Shown here one piece after another: positions 54,401 through 64,000 of a stretch of 64,000 nt of DNA. The position numbers were made by a program, and so were the translations under genes. How positions within the stretch are numbered: the stretch's first letter is position 1; every line of letters starts with the position of its first letter. This DNA is from Anthoceros angustus (taxonomy: Eukaryota > Plantae > Anthocerotophyta), in assembly GCA_010909165.1 (NCBI GenBank), contig VJWM01000202.1, positions 292,271-356,270 on the forward strand. The letters run 5' to 3'. The notes below the pieces were generated by a model. The model saw nothing but the letters and a program-made list of their open reading frames with translations, was not told the DNA's origin and did no database searches.

Positions 54401-56520
54401 ATTCAGGCGTGTGTGTTGAGGTGGAGTTGTGGCGGACGAGTTGAGGAGGCGCTAGAGTCGTGGGAGCGAAGGAGGGCGTCGTTAAACTGTTCCGGTAGTC
54501 TTGGAGAAATCCGGCGGGGTTTGTGGGAAGGTCCAGGTGGGCTGGTCAGGAGCGAGTTGTGGAGGGCACACACTTAGGGTTGTGGAGCCGGACCCAACTG
54601 ATGAAGTCCGTTCGGGCGATAGGTACATGGAGCTCGAGGCGGAATAAGCGAGACCATTCCTTGGGAGCGGACTCCTTCCTACAACGACACGGATTGTGCT
54701 TGGCGCCATCGGCCAAGTCGCCACATTTTGGGCGCCGTTGCGAATGGTATTGTTGTGTGCACGAGTTAGTAGGTAGGAGTAGGATGCCAGTTGCGGTTGT
54801 GGATGGGTGTAATGGTCGGGCGGTTTGTGGAGTATCTGAGTAGGGAGGATGCATAGGGCCGGGGCCGGGGGTCGAATCTAGCGGGGGCATGCTCAAGGGA
54901 GAAAGAAGATGGGCAGGCGGCTGGGAGGCGGCACATCAACCTCGGAGGAGGAGGACTCATCCTCAGCGGAGGATGAATCTTGGTAAAAAGGTTCCCAATG
55001 TTGCTGGACTTCTTGACACGAGGAGGTAGTAAAAGGTAGAAGGGGGCGTCAAGCGGAAGAAGCGGAGTATTGCAGGGTGTTGGCGGGCCATGTGAGATGA
55101 GAAGGGGTATGTGAGTGCCAAATCGATGTCAGTACTCTTGGCGACTGTCTTGGCTTGTTTTGTTTTGGGTGTTCTTTGTTAAGAGGGATAGGGAGGAGTT
55201 AGCCAATAAGGCCATTTCGGCGGATTGCACTAGTGCAATCCCTAGACCCTCCGGTGGAGGCGGTCAGAGCCAGGTGGTGGTCCGTCCGGGCGGTGGGAGG
55301 TGGTCCCGTCAGGCGAGGTCGGAGTGGTCTCCGGGCGAGTCCCGGAGGTGGTCCGTCCGGCGAGGTCCGGCGGGTGGTCGTCCGGAGGTCAGAGTGGTCC
55401 GTCAGGCGGTCCGTGAGTGGTCCGTCCGCGGTCAAGCCGGTGGTCCGTCGGCGGTCCGGGTGGGTGGTCCGTCCTTGAGGAGTGGAGTGCAGTAGGGTGG
55501 TTTAGTTTGGTGGGCATCGCTGGCATGGATCTCTTGTTTGGCGGGGAAGCGGTGGTGCAAGAAGTCCGGTGTGATGATGAGCTACGTCCGTGTTACCACG
55601 ACCAGTTAGGGTACATACATAGCGGGTTAGGATACATACATAGGCAGGTTAGGGTATGGGAGTATATAGGAAGGCTCGGCCCAAGACGAGACTATCCCGG
55701 TACCATCTTCGCCCGGTGCTCTTGCCTTCCGTGCTCGAGGAGCGGAGTGAGTTCCGCCACCGTGCAGGATTAATTGGTGGTAGAGGGATGTGTTGAGCTC
55801 GTGACGAGCCCGCCAACACGCTTGATGGGTGCACGGACTCGAGCCTGTGGAGGTGCTCATGGTGATTTCGCGTAGACTAACCTTGAGGTCTGAACGGAGG
55901 CTGGGGATGCAGCAAGCCACTCTCCGCAAACGTGAAGCCGAGGATTAGGAGGCGCTGGGGTGACTGGGCGAAGCCATCCTTGAGGCCGCTGAACGGGAGG
56001 TGGGGGATGCAGTCTGCAAGCCACTTCTCCGCAGTAACGGAAGTGGAGGATTAGGAGGCGCTTGGGGTGACGCGGAAGCCATCCTGAGGTCACGGGAACG
56101 AGGCTGGGGGTAGGTCGCAGCTACGCAGAACGGAAGCAGAAGGGCAAAGGCGGGGTGAATACATCGCGTGTTGGTGTTGTGACTACTAGCCGGAAATGGA
56201 TAAGGGAGAAGGGTCGTACGGGCGTGTGTGTTGAGGTGGAGTTGTGGCCGACAGAGTTGAGGAGCGCCGCTAGAGCACGATCGACGAGGAACGCGCGTTA
56301 AACCTGCTCCGAATCGGAGAAACCGGCTTTGTGGAAGGTCCGGTGGCCACCGTCCGACGAGTTGTGGAGGGCACACACTTAGGGTTGTGGAGCCACGGAC
56401 CCAACATGATGAAGTCCGCTGCGAGGGTAGAGCTCAGCATTAAGCACGAGACCATTCCTTGGGAACGGACCTTCCTACAACGACACGGATTGTGGCGCGC
56501 CGGCCACTGGCATCGCGCCA
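51471..56520. repeat. G-rich tandem array, ~1.82-kb unit, about 2.8 copies (starts 51471, 53286, 55110)
   Basis: Each unit begins tgtg(g)agtgccaaatc(c)gatgtc and contains GGTCCGTCCGG microrepeats, gttagg(g/a)tacatacatag repeats and ~80-bp gaagccacttctcc repeats. Confidence 0.93.
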
Positions 56521-57529
56521 CCTTGTGTTTCAGGCGTGTCGAAAGTGAGGTTTCACGTTAGATGCCCCGCAGTGCATGTAGTGATTCGTCATTGAGCATT
56601 CTGTTGTTGTTTACTTGTCTGTCAGTAGTTCCATATCACGCACAGTAGTTTGAGATTTCTTCCTGTGTTTCTGTAGCTATGTGCTGTGACATCCATGCGG
56701 CTGCTCTGTGACATGTTGTTTACTGCCTGCGACAGCGTCTGCTGATTTCTCTAGTCTTGGATATTGTTTCGTTGTATTGTTAGATTGCATAGCGTCTCTT
56801 TCTCGTTCTTATTCTCAGGTTCTTGCCTTGATGCAGACAAGCTTTGTACCGGACGTATAAGGAAATTTGTTCGAGGCGTAACCCTGCATATGGTATGTCA
56901 ACTATATGTTTAGACCTGATGATTTCTTCGTCATTGATAATTTCCTCGTCATTCGGTTCCCTTGCCTGTCGTGGCAAGAAATCGTCTTTGTGAGTACCTC
57001 TTATAAGTAATCTAATCCTTTAATTTGTGTGTGTAGGCTTCATTGTTCATCGTGTGAAGGGTTGGCCTGCCAATATTACGATTACTGTGCTCATGAATCA
57101 GATAACCATTTCTTGCCTGAATTTGAAGTTACAATTGAATCTCCTAGTCTGCGTTGTCTGTAGCGCTGTTTGTGCACTGGGGCTAACATTATTTTTGTTT
57201 GTTTTTTGTCTCTACATATCTAATTTGCCAAAGAGGTCTTTTTTTTATTACAGGAAGTATGCGGGTATTGTTTGAAAAGGAGGTATCTGTTCTCACTAAC
57301 ATAAAGTGGAGGGGATCTCAAAATTTAACAATGTATAGATTCAATGAATGTTCTCTGCCATATCCCCCACAGCCCTATCCTTGTCTTGGATTGTTTTATA
57401 ATCAACTATTAGACCCTTCAGCAAGTTCCTAAGTTCTGAATACCATGTAAGTGTGTTTTTCTAGTTGTGTTTTCGCTCGCTTTGTCAAGTTCCTCTTCGG
57501 ATGTTGGTGTTCTTTGACCACTCGTTGTG

Positions 57530-60500
57530 GTTTTGCAGATGGCTCTAAAAGAAAAACCCACCGGGCCTGGACCGAAAGAAACACAAGGATCTCTAGAAGT
57601 TATGCTACAAGACAAATAAGTGTCAAAAAGCTTCATACGCAACTCATCCACCGCAGGATGAAAGTTGATGGTGTCTTAGTGCATGTGAAGGAACTTATCT
57701 AGTTCCAAAAAGACATTCCCAAACCGCCAAGGCACTTCTCATCCAAGAAGGATGCTGACGTGGCACCGAGTTTGCGTAAGAGGAGAAGGGTGACACCGAC
57801 CGTGGCATTGGTTGAAGGTCCTCTGCAGAGATTACTAACTATGTCCCAAAGGTCTCGAGAGAGGGGTCCAGTTTTGTGGAGAATGATCTGATAACCGATG
57901 ATCCCATGGTTGTGAGGCCGCCAAAGCCTCGGCCGGAGATGTGTGTGCAGAACAACAAGGCGCTTATGCCTGTGGTTCCCTAGAGTCATCCCGATCAAGA
58001 AGTCCTTGATATGTTTGAGAGGCTAAAGTGTGCCGGTCCCAAGATGACTTTGCTATGGGCATGATGATGAAGCAAACTTGAGAGTGTGGATTTGACCTAG
58101 TCCCGAGGGAGCTGGAATGATGCTTTGAGTGGTGGGAGGATAGGTCTAAACGGCAAAATAATAAGCAAGTCGTCAAGGCTTTTATGAAAGTGAGTGGTGT
58201 GGGGTTGGGATAGTTTGAGGATATCCTCGCATAAGGATCTAAACCTAATTCTATAATTTTTTCCATCAAGTGCGAATCAAGACAACTTTTTCCGTAAACG
58301 TGAGTTCTTTTGTTGCTTTTAAGTTTTACTATTGCTGATAATGACTTCACCTTGTGCAGGCTGATGTCTTTCTTCCGGGGTTTTAACCGAATCTTAACAA
58401 GAAAGTGCATTCTGGACCAGAGCTGGGCTGGCTCTGACATTCCTGTGATAAACATGTTTCACGGATTTTCCATGGGGCCCAGGCGGCTCTGGTTGCATCC
58501 ATGAAAATAAGCAAGGACCTCGGGGTTGTGTCATATCGAAAGGAGGTTAAGTTGATTTCTGATGATGATGAGCGGCAAATTCTTTCCCATAGAGATCATC
58601 AATGTTCATTTGGGCGTGGGGCTCAAAAAAAGGTACTATTGTTGCTTTTTGGTTTTATATGGTTGCACTGATCCTATCACGTTACCTCTGGAATTCTAAT
58701 GCCTAAATTGGATTGTAAGTGTGCATATTTTTGCATGAACAGGTTTGGAGTCCGAGGCGGAGAAGAGTTACACAATCTTCTGATCAGGGACTTCTCATTT
58801 TCATCAGATTCGGGCGGACAGTTTGTACAGTAAGTATTTTTTTCTCGTTTCATTTTTTTCTGTGACGTCATAATGTGTAGTGCTAACTGTTGTTTTCTGT
58901 TGCAGATATGAAGAACGGCTTTCAAAGAATTACAAAGTTGACATGAAGAATTACCAAAGTGAGCACTTCCGGCCAAAGGTCAAGAACTATGAGAAGGACG
59001 TTATTGAAACTTTTAAAGCTGTTATTGATCACTCTCCTAAGTGGACTGCCAACAACAAGAATCTGTCAATTCAGGGGTTTCTCTTCAACTCAACCATTGA
59101 TAACCCAAGATCAAATGTAAGTTTGTGGTTAATTGGGCTTGAGCTGTTGTGGTTTTGAATGTACTAACTATTAGTTCTATTGGCTAAGCGTGGTATGCAA
59201 AACTTCAAGTTTGAAAGGAATGCTCTCGAGGTTCATGAAGACCATGGCCGAAGCTGCTGGCCTTGTTGGCTATTACACCAACAAGAATTGTCGTATAACA
59301 ATGATTACACGTCTCACGATGGCTCAGGTGCCTTCTGATGCTGGGAGAAGTGTCACTGGCCATGCTGGATTTTCAAGGTAATTGTGGTGGCAGCTGTGAC
59401 ATTTAAAAGCCTTTTGTATGTTCTTGCTGACATTATGATGTTTTGCAGATATGATCGCTCTGGTCAAGCAAAATAGGTAGCTGCAGCAAGAGTTCTTGTT
59501 CCTGGTGAACGAAGATCCTACAAGGAGCTGCTAAACGAAGAACTCAATCGGATGCAGGATGATCTGAGGGGTGTTCTTCCGTCAACTGTCCTGAATGTAA
59601 CTCCAGAAGTAGTATTTTCGAGTCAGCCTAAAGATCAGCGCCCTTTGTAAGTACAACGAAATGAGAATGTAAGCGTTTGCATTTGCGTTATAAGTATGTG
59701 TGGGCTGTCTCATCAAAATCCTGTGTTCTGATTCCTTTTTTATTTGTCAGGTCTTACTGTCTATTGCCACCCCTGTTATTCATCATGAAAGCAGACCACA
59801 ATACATTGTCAGGACTGAACCGAATTTTCGTGCACCATGTGGAGCATTGTGTCCTGAAGTTCAGGTTGGTCAAGTTCCTTTGTTTTAGTTAGGTCATGTT
59901 GGTAATTTGTTTTAATCCCACGAGTTCATATTGTTACTGGCAGGTGGAAGACTGTGGTATTTTGGATGCAAATATAGCACCTGAAAGCAGTGGCCAAGTC
60001 ATGCAGATGGATAACAGCAGACCAACCACAGGATCTTTCAGTGAAATTCAATATGTTGACAAGGTTCAGTGTTTGGCTGTTTGTTTGTTGTTCCTATTTC
60101 ATTTGGGGTTTTCTGATTGTGTGCTTGTTGGCAGATTTCGAATCCATCCACAGTGTGAGCAGCCTGACAGTTCCACATTTCAACATTGATGAAGCTCAGA
60201 TGGGTCAGGATTCAAGGGCTCTTCGGGGCCAGGGGCATCGTGCAAGTGATTGTGATCGATCCAAGTTCAACAGACGTAAATGTTGTGGCACCTTTGGCTA
60301 TGGTATTGCAGCATGGGACTGCGAATGGAAATCCAAGCGCTTTTAGCGCTTGTCGAGATCTCCAAAACGGAGTTGTGATAATAAATGTAAATGTGAAATG
60401 GAGTTTCAATGGCAAAAGGATTTGGAGGCACTGATTGAGAGGCAGAGGCGCAAAGCTGTTGAACTACGAGTGTCCAAGCAAAGAGAGAAAGCTCTTGAGA

Positions 60501-60906
60501 TTCAGAGGCGAAAAAATGTGGAGAGGAGACAAGAGCACTTGAAACATCAAGAGAAACTCAAGTAGCAACAGAAAGAGCAGCAAGAGATTCGAAGATTGCA
60601 ATGGGAAAGACAACAGGAGCAGAAGAATGATAATGTGCCTCGAGATATGCCCACTGCCATCCGCACGAAATCCGCGGATCAAGAAGTGTTGTTATGCTCT
60701 TTAAATCGGGCTTTTGTGATTGAAAACTAATGATTGTGTTCTATTAGGTTTTGACCTTACAGGAAGACGGACATATTCGAAGTCCTCAACTTCATCACTT
60801 TATGGCCAACTATGATAATGTTGGACAAGTTGTGCCAATCAAGCCAAGTGGTCGTGAAAATTACATTTTTAATTTGTATAATTGTACATTCAATTTCCCA
60901 AAATAA
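57530..60906 (+). pseudogene. Intron-containing Crypton/DUF3504-type tyrosine recombinase, degenerate (5' boundary uncertain)
   Basis: SMKISKDLGVVSYRKEVKLISDDDERQIL | CAYFCMNRFGVRGGEELHNL | YEERLSKNY | LSRFMKTMAEAAGLVGYYTNKNCRITMITRL...VP...VTGH...SR|YDR, with C-terminal YIFNLYNCTFNFPK*; in-frame TAG stops. Confidence 0.8.
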
Positions 60907-61479
60907 GGTGAGTATCATTGCTTAAGTATCTGTGGTTATTACTGAATATTTGCAGTGTTCCCTAGTTATCAGTGTAATTTGCGTTTGTGCTAATTTACGT
61001 TTTGTTTGTAGGTTTTAGTGTGGCAGAAGCAGAGTTCAATCTATTCTGGTATTTACTCTACATTACTTCAATTTGTATTTCATGCCATTCTAGATATACA
61101 GGAAACTCTGCAAAGAAAAGGTTTCTTTGTTGGTTTTTTGTATATCCTGGATCCGCATGAATATTACTTAACAGAAAATGTTTTTGCCAGATTAGCGATT
61201 TTGGTGGGATTTCTAGAATGAGCTTCTACTAGATGTACCTGGTATTCACTTGGTAGCCATTTTTTTCTTCCCTATGACCCTGTTTTCAACCTTGATGGTG
61301 GATCATTTTCACCCCACTTGGCATGTTTTCTACTCTATTGTAATAGATTTTACTATATTGAGTAAAATAATGACCAAAAGGTCAATTCTCTCTCTAGAAA
61401 TTCACCTTCACCATCCGAAAAAATCCGGCTGGCCGAGGCCCCACGAGGCCGCGACTTTACGATTTATGCTAGCAACATG

Positions 61480-62769
61480 ATTCACCGTATCTGATCTTCC
61501 GCATGCCTCGGCCACTTGGAGCTTGTCCACATTGATTCAGGGCTTTGTGGGCCCCTTCATCACTTCATGGCGGGGCTAATCACTTTAAGTGTGGATGACT
61601 CCGTTATACTTTTGCTTACCCGCTTCGTTTGAAGAGTGACTCCTTTGGTGTATTTTCCCTTGTTACTATGGCCGATCAAGCAAACTCGTAAGTCAAGTGC
61701 ATTAGATCCGACAATCTTTGGGCAACTTAACAATCACCAATGCAAGGACTTTTGTCAAGAGAGGGGGATCCTTCGGGTTCCACGGTTCCTTTACCTCCCA
61801 AGAGAATGGAGTATGAAAAAGCCAATGGTGATCTTTTGGCCATGGTGCGAGCCATGCTCAATCTGATACCTAAGTCCTTGGGCCGGTCATCTACAATGCT
61901 GCTTATATCAGAAACAGGGTGCTTTCCAAGTCCGTTACCGGCCGGACTCCTTATGAGTGTTGGCATGGGAGTAAACCCCTTATCTCTCATCTTCGTATCT
62001 TTGGATGCCCTACCTATGCCCATATCCCTTCTCAGCTTCGAGACAAGCTCTCAGCTCGTGCTCGTAAGTTGGTATTTGTGGGCTATGGCGAGGATCGCAA
62101 GGCATACAAGCTGGTGGACTTGAATACCCACACTCCGACGTATGCATGCATTGTCACCTTTGATGAGTCACGACTAGCACATCTTGGACTTGCTTCTTCG
62201 GCTCCTGGTCCTGACCCACATGGTGCTTCTACCTCCGGCTCTCGTAGCCCTCGATGGCCTGGTGACATTCACTTTGAGTTACATACTCAACCCTTCACTT
62301 TTCCTGACTCAGGTGTTCCTATTTTTGGTTCTGTTCCTACTCCGCCTTTTGGCTTCTTCACCTCAAGCCGGTCCTATTCCCATAGTTCCTACTCGAGAGG
62401 GGGAAGATGAACAAGCCATAGGGTTGACCATGGATGAACCACTGGAAAATGAGGATGACTCCTTTGGTGTTCTTGAGACTAAAGCATCAGAGACACCTAA
62501 GTCTCCATTCCCCTCCAAGCACTGACCCTGTTCCTGAGCGTAGGTATCCCTTGCGTCAGCGACAACCACATCACCTATGGAATGAAATACCCTTTGACTT
62601 GGAGTTCAATCAAGCCGGCTATATTACCAATTCTGAAGGTCACTTTGATGCTTTTAGTGCTGCTCTTTTAGAGGGAGATCCTCTCACTCTGCAGGAGGCA
62701 TACTCACGACCTGATGCAGCTAAGTGGAAGTTTGCCGTTGATGACGAATATAATTCATTTATTAAAAAC
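61480..62769 (+). mobile_element. Ty1/copia fragment 3 (integrase to start of RT), interrupted by an LTR element
   Basis: LELVHID, GRTPYECWHGSKPLISHLRIFGCPTYAHIP...FVGYGEDRKAYKL, DPLTLQEAYSRPDAAKWKFAVDDEYNSFIKN. Confidence 0.92.
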
Positions 62770-64000
62770 TGATGAAATATGACCTATTTAGGGCACTCTT
62801 CACTAGGGCACCTAAGACTATTATTTAATTTAGTTCTTAGGGCTTTAGGTAGTTTATTTAGTAGTTAGTTGTTACAACCACTTAGAGGTTAGAACTACTT
62901 ATGGTTACAACCACCTTATGGTTATAACCACCTAGCCTATATAAAGGCTTTGTACTTTCTATTATAATCAATGCATACAACTCTTTTGTGCAAAGCTTTC
63001 TACTATCCGCTTGCTATGTTTTGCTACCTAGAGCACTATGATTCTCATCATGGTATCGAGCATTGCTCTCTATTTGCATTGGACAACTTGACATGCTGAT
63101 CTACTCTTCTTCTTCATCTTCTTTCTTTTTTAGAAGATGATAGATTCTTTAGATTGCATGTCATAGATTGTCATGTTTGCCTGTTCCTTAATCTTCAATA
63201 ATGCACACTCGTGCATCCAATCCTTGCTTCAACGCGATGGACCTTCAATCAAGCAAGGCTATTGGAAGAAGATTAAGGCAAGACAAGAGATAGAATAATC
63301 GACACAAACGATGCACCTAGTGGGAAGGTAAGTGTGGATGCGTGGAGGGCCAGTGAGTGTCGAGCAATTCTTGATGACGTTGTGACCCGAGGCGCTCCGG
63401 TAGCGAGGCCGTGAGGCGGCAGGCTCAGCGTGAGAGCTCCAAAACGGCGGGTGGCTGCAGTGGAGCTTGTTTTGATCGTGAGGAGGAAGTAGCACAAAGT
63501 CGGTGGCAAGGTGGGGTGGTTCCTCAACCCTGGCGGCGATGGCGATGAACATAAGATCGACCAGCAAGCGACTCTCTCTTTGGAGGTAAGAAGGAGGACG
63601 GAAACCTTTGTGGAGGATTATTATGCGAACTTCAAGAAGGTTGGGATCGGACTCATCCATTGTTCGTGGGTCCTTCGCCGAGAACAGTGCTCGATGGGTA
63701 CCGGAGGAAGTACCGACCCGAGCGCCCCCTGCGACCTTGAAGCATTGAAGGATGCCTTCTTGGAAAGATTCCGTGGATTGACCAAGAAGGCTACGTCTGC
63801 CTAAGCCTCGAGAATGCGAGGCGAGGCAAGGCGGAGAGGTTGGGATCGTACATCGAATGGTTCTACGCCTCCGGGACCCGGCACCCCACCCACACCACTA
63901 TGCAAAGTGGGATGCTGGTTCGCGGCCAATAATAAGCAAACACGCCGTGCGAAGCGAGTGGCGGTCCGGGGCGGAGAACTACGAGGAATCGATGCACCAA
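62770..64000 (+). mobile_element. LTR retrotransposon 5' end (probably Ty3/gypsy): 281-bp LTR 62770-63050, PBS, degenerate gag
   Basis: TGATGA...TCATCA termini, TATA cctatataaagg, PBS tggtatc(a)gagc at 63051, gag-like ALKDAFLERFRG. Confidence 0.85.

Noticed and set aside
51581-56561. Numerous Arg/Gly/Pro-rich ORFs in the G-rich array
   Set aside because: By-products of GC-rich repeats; frames are not conserved between units.
61420-61476. Helitron 3' end (GC-rich patch plus CTAG)
   Set aside because: Only a 4-bp stem, and the CTAG is not followed by the expected T.

Overview
Eukaryotic land-plant nuclear DNA: spliceosomal introns, PLS-class PPR and class III peroxidase fragments. The short introns and PPR style suggest a seed-free plant, but this is inference only. 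The window is a nested transposon landscape around one intact host gene, a DBP2-like DEAD-box helicase (39371-42846, - strand). Main result: a 13.9-kb DNA transposon (2280-16186) with imperfect ~46-bp TIRs (CATCACAAAA...) and a 2-bp TT target duplication splits a Ty1/copia integrase. It encodes an intact 7-exon, ~929-aa Plavaka-type (CACTA/Mirage/Chapaev-related) transposase and an intact 2-exon companion gene. It also carries fragments of at least five host genes, several with introns retained: ABC1 kinase, GCR1 GPCR, RPA70, PLS-PPR and class III peroxidase. The window also holds a degenerate intron-containing Crypton/DUF3504-type tyrosine recombinase gene (~57.5-60.9 kb) and a ~5.1-kb insertion with a ~199-bp target duplication that separates the helicase ORF from its apparent native upstream region. 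There are three copia elements, two gypsy families and several tandem arrays. All family assignments come from motifs recognised by eye; no database searches were run. Dense 1-bp indels in the repeats may partly be long-read assembly error.
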